Shown here: positions 17,748 to 24,897 of the stretch, piece after piece
Layout of the letters: each line of letters begins with the position of its first letter
Position numbering within the stretch: position 1 is the stretch's first letter
Virus record (IMG/VR): IMGVR_UViG_3300045988_053918
Location: 1 to 54,149 of that record
Strand: one strand, 5' to 3'
Source: a virus
DNA length: 54,149 nucleotides
Notes under the pieces: model-generated
Databases searched by the model: none
Seen by the model: the letters and a program-made list of their open reading frames with translations, nothing else
What the model was told of the DNA's origin: nothing
Translations under genes and position numbers: made by a program

Positions 17748-18536
17748 ATGTTTTCAAACTCAAATTGTGCCAGCATACCATTAGTCGCTAATATTGACGG
17801 CAACGGCAATAACGGCGGATGGGCTGATGGTGGATGGCTTTGGATAATCGTTGTATTTGCATTACTCTTTGGATGGGGCAATGGTGGATTTGGCGGTTTT
17901 GGTGGCAACAATGGCGGTGGCTATGTTGCGACAGCAGCTACACAGGCTGATATTCAGAGAGGATTTGATAATTCAGCAGTTATCAGCAAGTTAGATGGCA
18001 TTTCTAACGGCTTATGTGACGGCTTTTATGCCATGAACAACAGTATGCTCACAGGTTTCAATGGTATTAACACAAATGTCATGCAGACCGGTTATGGCAT
18101 CCAGCAGGCTATTAACGCTGATACAGTCGCTAATATGCAGAATACAAACGCTTTACAGGCACAGCTTGCTAACTGCTGCTGCGAGACGAGAGAAGCCATC
18201 CAGGGCATAAACTACAACATGGCAACTAACACTTGTGCTTTGCAGAACACCATGAATAGCAACACAAGAGACATTATTGATAGCCAGAATGCAGGTACTA
18301 GAGCAATTCTTGACTACTTATGCCAGGATAAGATAGCAACACTTACAGCAGAGAACAACGATTTACGCAGAGCTGCTTCACAGGATCGTCAGAGCGCACT
18401 ACTTACAACTCAGATGGCAGCTCAGACACAGCAGATTATCAATGCAGTAAATCCGTCCGCTATCCCGGCATATGTCGTACCTAACCCAAATGCTTATGCA
18501 TATGGTTGCGGTTGCAATACAGGTTGCGGATGCTAA
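17748..18536 (+). CDS. Gly-rich membrane-anchored, Asn/Gln/Thr-rich protein with a Cys-rich C-terminus
   Basis: GGAGG RBS; GGWADGGWLWIIVVFALLFGWGNGGFGGFGGNNGGGY; CCC motif; ends YGCGCNTGCGC. Confidence 0.65.
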   Translation: MFSNSNCASIPLVANIDGNGNNGGWADGGWLWIIVVFALLFGWGNGGFGGFGGNNGGGYVATAATQADIQRGFDNSAVISKLDGISNGLCDGFYAMNNSMLTGFNGINTNVMQTGYGIQQAINADTVANMQNTNALQAQLANCCCETREAIQGINYNMATNTCALQNTMNSNTRDIIDSQNAGTRAILDYLCQDKIATLTAENNDLRRAASQDRQSALLTTQMAAQTQQIINAVNPSAIPAYVVPNPNAYAYGCGCNTGCGC

Positions 18537-18629
18537 AACTTAATAATTGAGTATCTTAATTGAGTTTAACTCGATTATGTCTGCTAAGCAGTATTACTTG
18601 ATGTTACCGGCATAAATGTCGGAAAGATA

Positions 18630-18662
18630 AAGGGCAGGCTATAATGTTTGCCCTTATTTTAT
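18630..18662 (+). terminator. Rho-independent terminator
   Basis: AAGGGCA...TGCCCTT stem followed by ATTTTATT. Confidence 0.6.
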
Positions 18663-18678
18663 TGAAAGAGAGGTAAAA

Positions 18679-19101
18679 ATGATGGAAATAACAGGAATTG
18701 CATTACAAACAGTTGCCGCCGGAGAAGATGTGGCATTTACAGAAACACCGGTATGTGGTAGCAAATGTATAGTCCACAGACAGGGAAGCGGAATTATCAA
18801 GTTAAGAGGTATCACTAATCAGTGCAAGGCTAGATTTTTAGTATCTTATAGCGGCAATATTCAGATACCGACAGGCGGTACAGTTGAAGCTATCTCACTT
18901 GCTATTGCAGTAGACGGAGAGCCTTTACAGTCAACACGAATGATTGTAACACCGGCAGCAGTTGAGAATTTCTTTAATGTATCAGCACAGGCATATATTG
19001 ATGTACCTTGTGGCTGTTGCAGTACTGTAGCGGTGCAGAATACATCAGCACAGGCTATTGAAGTTCAGAATAGTAATTTGATTGCAGTAAGGGAGGCTTG
19101 A
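18679..19101 (+). CDS. Beta-rich 140-aa protein with a CGCC motif
   Basis: AGAGAGGT RBS; alternating hydrophobic pattern; ...AYIDVPCGCCSTVAVQN. Confidence 0.6.
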   Translation: MMEITGIALQTVAAGEDVAFTETPVCGSKCIVHRQGSGIIKLRGITNQCKARFLVSYSGNIQIPTGGTVEAISLAIAVDGEPLQSTRMIVTPAAVENFFNVSAQAYIDVPCGCCSTVAVQNTSAQAIEVQNSNLIAVREA

Positions 19102-19105
19102 TATT

Positions 19106-19720
19106 ATGCATAAATGGGCTAAACAGATTATGGAATGTGTCAAGGCTAAGGTTGAAGCAATCGGATTAGATAGCTTTGAAGGACAGAACCTTGATGATTT
19201 AAAGGATTTTACAGAAATAGCGAAGAACATAGCTTGCTTTGACAAAGATTACAGAATTGTTGAAGCTATGGAAAAGTCAGAAGATAACGAGGATATTATG
19301 CGTATGCTTGAACAGTACGAAGATTATCCGGACAGAAGATACTATGACCATTACCGCTATGCAAATGGCAGATTCGCCCCAAAAGGCAAAGGAACATACC
19401 GCAGAGGATATGAAGAACCGCCTTATATGCACATGTACCCAGAATCAGAGCATATGAGAGATATGGATAGAGATTATGGCAAGATGTATTATACAGAGCC
19501 AATGTCTGAAAGTAATTACGACAGAGCAAAGAGAAACTACACAGAAACTAAGGAAATACACAAGAATAACACACCAGAGGACAAGGAACATAAGATGAAA
19601 GCGCTTGACGGATATATTAAGGAGCTTGGCGGCGATATTACACAGCTTATCGGCGATATGACGGCAGAGGAACGCAATCTTATGCGTACCAAACTTAGTA
19701 CACTTGTTTCTAAGCTGTAA
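19106..19720 (+). CDS. Charged Tyr/Arg/Asp/Met-rich protein
   Basis: GGGAGG RBS; ...YPDRRYYDHYRYANGRFAPKGKGTYRRGYEEPPYMHMYPESEHMRDMDRDYGKMYY. Confidence 0.6.
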   Translation: MHKWAKQIMECVKAKVEAIGLDSFEGQNLDDLKDFTEIAKNIACFDKDYRIVEAMEKSEDNEDIMRMLEQYEDYPDRRYYDHYRYANGRFAPKGKGTYRRGYEEPPYMHMYPESEHMRDMDRDYGKMYYTEPMSESNYDRAKRNYTETKEIHKNNTPEDKEHKMKALDGYIKELGGDITQLIGDMTAEERNLMRTKLSTLVSKL

Positions 19721-19727
19721 ATTTAAG

Positions 19728-19762
19728 GGCTATGAGTAGCAATATTCATAGCCTGTTTTATT
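19728..19762 (+). terminator. Rho-independent terminator
   Basis: GGCTATGA...TCATAGCC followed by TGTTTTATT. Confidence 0.65.
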
Positions 19763-19779
19763 CAGAAAGGAGCGTACAG

Positions 19780-20100
19780 ATGATTTTTAGCATTAATGGC
19801 ACAATGTGGCAAGTACAATATAAAAATTCAAATTCGGGCGAATTAAAGCGGTCAGACAACGTTTCTGTGCTGGGTGTAACCGATAGAAATACACATACAA
19901 TTTATCTGTCAAATGCCTTGCGCGGATTTATGCAACGCAAAGTGATTATACACGAAGTATGCCACGCAATCTGTATGTCCTATGATGTGTATTTGCCAAT
20001 AGAGCAGGAAGAAATATTATGTGATTTTGTAGCGACTTATGGAGATGAAGTATTCGGCATTGTTGACATGATACTTGGAGCAGTTAGGAGAGTAGGATAA
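19780..20100 (+). CDS. Putative HExxH zinc metallopeptidase
   Basis: AAGGAG RBS before the ATG at 19780; VIIHEVCHAI motif. Confidence 0.55.
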   Translation: MIFSINGTMWQVQYKNSNSGELKRSDNVSVLGVTDRNTHTIYLSNALRGFMQRKVIIHEVCHAICMSYDVYLPIEQEEILCDFVATYGDEVFGIVDMILGAVRRVG

Positions 20101-20243
20101 TGAGTATTGATGAGCTGTTAAAGATAATTCAAAGAACTAATCCGACTATGACTAAGGAAATGTTGATATATGAGCTTAGTCAATGTCGGTATGCAAGCAA
20201 GGCATTGATTTATACAGAAAAATGTTGTAAGCTGGCAAAATAA
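20100..20243 (+). CDS. 47-aa hypothetical protein
   Basis: ATG overlaps the upstream TAA (ATAATG); open to TAA 20241-20243. Confidence 0.4.
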   Translation: MSIDELLKIIQRTNPTMTKEMLIYELSQCRYASKALIYTEKCCKLAK

Positions 20244-20423
20244 TTATTCACCAGCTTTTTCTACGCAGTCAATAATATATCCACTTAATCCTTTGAATCC
20301 TTTTTCTTTAGCAATCTTAGACCAGACTTCCTTTTTGCCCTTGGGTGCCATTACTGTAATTCTATCATAGTTTTTCTCATTCCAACGATTTTTTACTTCT
20401 GATGACGTTTTTGATTTTGCCAT
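20244..20423 (-). CDS. 59-aa ribbon-helix-helix-like (CopG/Arc-type) protein
   Basis: AAGGAG RBS on the - strand; MAKSKTSSEVKNRWNEKNYDRITVMAPKGKKEVWSKIAKEKGFKGLSGYIIDCVEKAGE; below the track cutoff. Confidence 0.5.
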   Translation of the reverse strand: MAKSKTSSEVKNRWNEKNYDRITVMAPKGKKEVWSKIAKEKGFKGLSGYIIDCVEKAGE

Positions 20424-20473
20424 GTAAATATAAACTCCTTTTTGCTTTTGATTATACTACTTGCAAAAGTATG

Positions 20474-20502
20474 TTGCAATACTTTATAAAGTATGATATA
20501 AT
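20474..20502 (+). promoter_or_regulatory. Promoter with an embedded 16-bp perfect palindrome
   Basis: TTGCAA 20474-20479, 17-nt spacer, TGaTATAAT to 20502; palindrome ATACTTTATAAAGTAT at 20479-20494; extra AAAGTAT at 20466. Confidence 0.55.
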
Positions 20503-20534
20503 ATATCTATAATCATTAGAAAGGTGGTGCTTAT

Positions 20535-21290
20535 ATGGCTGACTTAAACAGTATAGGTGGACTGCATTACGAAATGATGAGAAGATGTTATAACCCCCAA
20601 AGTATAGCATTTAAAAGTTACGGAGCTAAGGGGATAAAAGTATGTGAAGAATGGCATGATAGAGATAATTTTAGAAAGTGGTGTAATGAAAATGGATATA
20701 CAAAAGGTCTAAGACTTAACAGAATTGATAGTACAAAGGATTATTGCCCAGAGAATTGTGTATTGGGAAATAAAAATTGCAAAGACCAAAACAGCGCACA
20801 CCAAAAACTATATAGAAACATAAGACAAAACAAAGCAATCAAAAAAGAGCTTGGAATTGAAAGATATACTGATAGTCCATTATACAGAAAACACAAGAAT
20901 ATGATGGAAAGATGTTATGATGAAAAAAATATAAGTTATCCTTATTACGGAGCAAGAGGAATAGATGTTTGCTTTGAATGGAGAGGAAAGGATGGTGTTA
21001 AAAATTTTATCGCTTGGTCTATGAGAAACGGATATAAGCATGGTCTTTCATTAGACAGAATAGATAACGATAAAGGTTATTGTCCTGAAAATTGCAGATG
21101 GGTTACTATTCAAGAACAAGCAATAAATAAGCGAAGAAATAAAAAATATGAATGGAAAGGGCAAACACTTATATTGGCTCAAATTTCAAGAATGGAAAAT
21201 ATTTCATATGGTAAATTATATGGAAGAATAAATAATAATCATATGAGTATAAAAGATGCAATCGAAGATATAAAGAAAAGCACCGAATAA
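20535..21290 (+). CDS. Tandem AP2/ERF-like DNA-binding repeat protein
   Basis: Two copies of RCYNP/RCYDE...YGA(K/R)GI.VCEEW...GY.KGL.L(N/D)RID..K(D/G)YCPENC. Confidence 0.5.
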   Translation: MADLNSIGGLHYEMMRRCYNPQSIAFKSYGAKGIKVCEEWHDRDNFRKWCNENGYTKGLRLNRIDSTKDYCPENCVLGNKNCKDQNSAHQKLYRNIRQNKAIKKELGIERYTDSPLYRKHKNMMERCYDEKNISYPYYGARGIDVCFEWRGKDGVKNFIAWSMRNGYKHGLSLDRIDNDKGYCPENCRWVTIQEQAINKRRNKKYEWKGQTLILAQISRMENISYGKLYGRINNNHMSIKDAIEDIKKSTE

Positions 21291-21306
21291 TCGGTGCTAT
21301 TTTTAT
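21279..21306 (+). terminator. Rho-independent terminator
   Basis: AGCACCGA-ATAA-TCGGTGCT followed by ATTTTTA. Confidence 0.7.
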
Positions 21307-21746
21307 GCTAACCTTAAAAGTACCCGCCACCCATGCAAAATAAACTTGAGATTTTGGAAATAAAAAATTTGAAAATTTCTGTCAGATTTGCAGTCAATTT
21401 TTTCAGTACGCCCCTATATACCTATGACTATATGAAAAATAAAGAAACGTCCCTATGTAAAAATTCGAGTTAAAAATTTTGATACCGGGGTGGGTATGTA
21501 ATTCCCACACGAAAAACCGAAATAGGATTTTCTCCAAATTTGACCTCAATTTTGTTCAGATTTGCCTTGAAAAATTGATAAAAAACTTTATAGCTTTAAC
21601 ACACTAAAGTGTATGGCTGATTCTTTGCGGTTATAGGTGCGGCTTACAATTTTGGCTTTGTGGCTTTGTGATTTGCCTTGTACGGCGGTTTTATTACGCT
21701 TGTGTAGATTTATAAGCCTACAAAATAAAACAGCCTTAAAACGTCT

Positions 21747-21775
21747 TTAACAGCGTTGTATAAAATGGGTATAAT
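21747..21775 (+). promoter_or_regulatory. Orphan promoter facing the reverse-strand cassette
   Basis: TTAACA 21747-21752, 17-nt spacer, TATAAT 21770-21775; no credible + strand ORF downstream. Confidence 0.45.
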
Positions 21776-21945
21776 ATGCCCTTACAAGTTGTGGAAGCTG
21801 TCGCCAGTTTTGGCGGATTTTCCAGAACGCACGCCGCCCCAATTGGGTACACTTGTACACCTAAAAGCCTTATATATAAGCATAGCATTGTTGTATTAAT
21901 TTTTCAAGGTACGCAAAGAAAAGCATATAAAAATATATGCTTAAT

Positions 21946-21983
21946 GCTTGCGGCTGGAATCGAACCAGTCAAACCACAGCAAG
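21946..21983 (-). ncRNA. tRNA-like minihelix 1 (T-arm plus closing helix)
   Basis: - strand CUUGC-UGUGGUUUG-ACUGG-UUCGAUU-CCAGC-C-GCAAG; canonical T-loop, no D or anticodon arms. Confidence 0.4.
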
Positions 21984-22011
21984 ACAAAAAGGGCGCAGAT
22001 TGTACGCCCTT
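21984..22011 (-). terminator. Rho-independent terminator of the reverse cassette
   Basis: - strand AAGGGCG-UACAAUCU-CGCCCUU followed by UUUUGUCUU. Confidence 0.7.
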
Positions 22012-22021
22012 AATCAAGTTA

Positions 22022-22291
22022 TTAATTGTTAAATTCATAAAATAGACCGCTTTTATTATAACAAGTTGTAAGCCTTTTTAAGCCATAAAAAATATCATAG
22101 TTACAATCAAAAACAGCCTGCGAACCTGTGTATATAATTACGCTTTGTCCATTATCCCAGAAAGAAAAATCTTCTATTTTTTCGAGTTCTAAGATTTTAA
22201 CTGCATTTTCCCCATAGATAAATATGAATTTTTCTAAATTTCCGCGGATTTCTCCGGCTGTTAAAGTGTCTAATTTTTCGCATATTGTCAT
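22022..22291 (-). CDS. Hypothetical protein (reverse-strand cassette, distal gene)
   Basis: GGAGGT RBS 7 nt before the second ATG (22291). Confidence 0.55.
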   Translation of the reverse strand: MTICEKLDTLTAGEIRGNLEKFIFIYGENAVKILELEKIEDFSFWDNGQSVIIYTGSQAVFDCNYDIFYGLKRLTTCYNKSGLFYEFNN

Positions 22292-22335
22292 ATTGCAGAC
22301 CTCCATATTTTAAAATTTCCCGGTCATTCCGGTAA

Positions 22336-22376
22336 AGCAAGCCGGGGAATCGAACCCCGGAAGCGCCAACCTTGCT
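22336..22376 (-). ncRNA. tRNA-like minihelix 2 (T-arm plus closing helix)
   Basis: - strand AGCAAG-GUUGGCGCUU-CCGGGG-UUCGAUU-CCCCGG-CUUGCU, between the two reverse-strand genes. Confidence 0.4.
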
Positions 22377-22381
22377 AATTA

Positions 22382-22798
22382 TTAATTATTTGCTTTTTCT
22401 GCGTGCTTTGTAAGCTCTCTATAAAGTAGATTACATGCTGTTGCTTCTGCTTTATCATCTGTATATCTTACCTTTTCCTCTTCTGTCTCGTCTAAAATAT
22501 CGGCGAGCCAATCAACGGCAGAGCCAAGGAAAATATCATCAGAAACAGGAAAAGCTGTTGGAAGTCCTGCCATCCAATCGCAAAATAAAGAATATTTGCT
22601 AATCCTTCCGGCTTTATATTGGCAATCGTGCTTAACCTTTTCATTTTCAAAAGCTGTCAAAATGTCCTTGCAAATATCGTTATAATCTGTCTTTGCTTCC
22701 TTGCCGTCATATGTGTAATACTCTTCAGCTGCTTCGTAACTCTCAATAATTGCTTTCTTAATTGCTTCCATTGCTTCCTTGCTGTTTGTTCTTCTCAT
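22382..22798 (-). CDS. Acidic hypothetical protein (reverse-strand cassette, proximal gene)
   Basis: 138-aa ORF with clean coding periodicity; no recognisable catalytic motif. Confidence 0.6.
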   Translation of the reverse strand: MRRTNSKEAMEAIKKAIIESYEAAEEYYTYDGKEAKTDYNDICKDILTAFENEKVKHDCQYKAGRISKYSLFCDWMAGLPTAFPVSDDIFLGSAVDWLADILDETEEEKVRYTDDKAEATACNLLYRELTKHAEKANN

Positions 22799-22846
22799 TT
22801 CTTTTTACCTGTGCTATAATATAGCTACCTTTCTTTTTTGATTGGT

Positions 22847-22887
22847 GGCGGTTGTAAACTTTGGTAGAGTGGCAACCGCCTTTTTTA
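22847..22887 (+). terminator. + strand terminator upstream of the reverse cassette
   Basis: GGCGGTTG...CAACCGCC followed by TTTTTTATTT; the U-tract exists only on the + strand. Confidence 0.6.
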
Positions 22888-22960
22888 TTTGCAAGATTAT
22901 AATAACACTAATATTAGTGCTTGTCAACACCAAAATTAGAGATTTTATACGATATTTTGA

Positions 22961-22989
22961 TTGACTTTTAAACATAAAAAATATACAAT
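22961..22989 (+). promoter_or_regulatory. Promoter of the HTH operon
   Basis: TTGACT 22961-22966, 17-nt spacer, TACAAT 22984-22989. Confidence 0.55.
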
Positions 22990-23021
22990 GTTTGTAACCT
23001 TATGAGAAAGGAGCAAAACAG

Positions 23022-23249
23022 ATGTGGAGATATAAAATAGATGTGCTTAAGGAATTATCTAACAGAGGATATACAAGTACAAAAATGCGCAAAGACAAGA
23101 TAATTAGTCAAGCGACACTACAGAATATAAGACAGGGAAAAGGCATAACAACGGACACAATTAATACATTATGTATTATATTAAAGTGCCAGCCGTCGGA
23201 TATTATAGAGGTAACACCAACGGACGAGGAAAAAATAAAATATTTTTAA
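23022..23249 (+). CDS. XRE/Cro-type HTH protein
   Basis: ISQATLQNIRQGKGITTDTINTLCIILKCQPSDII; AAAGGAG RBS. Confidence 0.7.
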   Translation: MWRYKIDVLKELSNRGYTSTKMRKDKIISQATLQNIRQGKGITTDTINTLCIILKCQPSDIIEVTPTDEEKIKYF

Positions 23250-23338
23250 ATAAGCCTATTGGCAGACACTAATATCAGTGCTATTATAATGACAGAAATT
23301 AAGAAAGGGCAGCCACAAAGGCTGGAAAGGTGGAAAGG

Positions 23339-23533
23339 ATGAGAACAATCGAATTATTAAGCAAGGCTGTTGAGCTTGGATTTAGCAGAGAAAAGGCATT
23401 TGCTGATATAGACGCAAGTCTTGATGAAATAATTGGAGCAAAGAACAGAAAGCCAATCACAGAGGAAGAAGTCAGCGAAGAGCTGGCAAATGATATTTTA
23501 TTTGGGTTTGAATGTGAAAAGGAAAACAATTAA
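23339..23533 (+). CDS. Small acidic hypothetical protein
   Basis: AAAGGTGG RBS before the ATG at 23339. Confidence 0.5.
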   Translation: MRTIELLSKAVELGFSREKAFADIDASLDEIIGAKNRKPITEEEVSEELANDILFGFECEKENN

Positions 23534-23555
23534 GAAAGGTTAAAAGGTGGGCGAT

Positions 23556-23819
23556 ATGAAAGCATATTACACGAGCATATACAACGAGGGAATGATTGGT
23601 GAAGTATTAAGACATAACACAGCAGAAGAAGCCAAAAAATATCTTGATAAAGAGTGGGACAGGCTCACAGAAAGAGAACAGAAAGGATTTAAATCAGGCA
23701 CGGCGGACAGTTTCAAGGCGTTTGAAATTGAAGCAACAGATGAACAGCTTGAACAGATAGAATCTGGAGACATTGCCCCAGAAGAGCTTGAAATAAGAGT
23801 TATTAAAAACATGTTATAA
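23556..23819 (+). CDS. Small acidic hypothetical protein
   Basis: AAGGTGG RBS 5 nt before the ATG at 23556. Confidence 0.5.
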   Translation: MKAYYTSIYNEGMIGEVLRHNTAEEAKKYLDKEWDRLTEREQKGFKSGTADSFKAFEIEATDEQLEQIESGDIAPEELEIRVIKNML

Positions 23820-23824
23820 TATTA

Positions 23825-23857
23825 AAGCGATGTATATCTGTTATACATCGCTTTTTT
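23825..23857 (+). terminator. Rho-independent terminator
   Basis: 12-bp stem AAGCGATGTATA / TATACATCGCTT followed by a T-run. Confidence 0.8.
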
Positions 23858-24017
23858 AATGCCTATTGATTAATTATATTTATTGTGTTATTATATTGCT
23901 AATAATTAAATATAAGATTTACACCCGATAATGTTAATATTGTTATCGGGTTATTTTTATGTTATTAATATATATAATATCAGTTAGCTGGATAAGCTCC
24001 AGCAGAAAGGGGAATAT

Positions 24018-24704
24018 ATGGAGAAAGTACAAGAAGCACCAGACACGCCGGAGATATTCCAGAATGACATAGAATTATATCTGACAAAATTTTGTGAAGA
24101 GCATAACATCGAAGATATGACCAAAGAACCACAGAGCAGATGGAACGCCGCTCTTATGTATATAAATAAATATGTTTTTAGTGATAAAAGTATATTAAAA
24201 TTAAATAAGAATATTAATAAAAATAATACAAATTGTATTATGGATAATAATTTTAATATGTATGATTATGATAAAGTAGAGTATATATTATATATATATT
24301 ATTATTTATGTGCTGTATATGATAAAGAATGTAGTATTATAGGTTTTAGTTTATTAACTGGAATTAATAGAGATACTATATACGACTGGGGAACGAAAGA
24401 GAAAAAGCTAAGTACAAAAAGTTGTGACATCGCGCAAAAACTGCGGGTTTTTCGTGAAGAAAGTTTATCTAATAAGCTTGCAACTGGCAACAAAAATCCG
24501 GTCGGAATTCTTGCAATACTTAACAGACATTTTGCTTGGAACTTGCCCGGTGTTAGCAGAGAAAGCGCCACAAAGGTCATTAAAACAGCCGCAGACCTTC
24601 CGCAGCTCGGACCATCTGGAAACGCTCAAGGCTCTAATATTCGTCAAATTGCACAACAAGATTTCATTGTGCAAGATGTACAAGAAATCCCACAAAGCCA
24701 GTAA
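24018..24704 (+). CDS. terS: Terminase small subunit (SPP1 G1P-like)
   Basis: IGFSLLTGINRDTIYDWGTKEKKLS...KLRVFREESLSNKLATGNKNPVGILAILNRHFAWN. Confidence 0.6.
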   Translation: MEKVQEAPDTPEIFQNDIELYLTKFCEEHNIEDMTKEPQSRWNAALMYINKYVFSDKSILKLNKNINKNNTNCIMDNNFNMYDYDKVEYILYIYYYLCAVYDKECSIIGFSLLTGINRDTIYDWGTKEKKLSTKSCDIAQKLRVFREESLSNKLATGNKNPVGILAILNRHFAWNLPGVSRESATKVIKTAADLPQLGPSGNAQGSNIRQIAQQDFIVQDVQEIPQSQ

Positions 24705-24897
24705 ACAAGCGGGTTCTAGCTGTTTGACTCACGATAACAGCATTTCGCTAAATTAGACTTTAGCGAAGTGATAAAACAGAACATTTGAACGATAAAAGTA
24801 CGATAAAGCCAGTAAACAAGCGGATTGACAGCGATTGCGTGATAATTATTTATTGCGCAATGACTCCGCTCTGGCTGATTTCATTGTGCAAGATATA
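24660..24897. repeat. Duplicated terS 3'-end segments in swapped order
   Basis: GATTTCATTGTGCAAGAT at 24660 and 24875; AAGCCAGTAAACAAGCGG at 24696 and 24806. Confidence 0.8.

Noticed and set aside
21776-22045. ORF 21776..22045 (+), 89 aa
   Set aside because: It has no RBS, runs through terminator hairpins and the T-loop element, and its composition is not protein-like.
21946-22376. Complete tRNA genes on the - strand at the two T-loop elements
   Set aside because: No D-arm or anticodon arm can be drawn upstream of either T-arm. Only a short closing helix is present.
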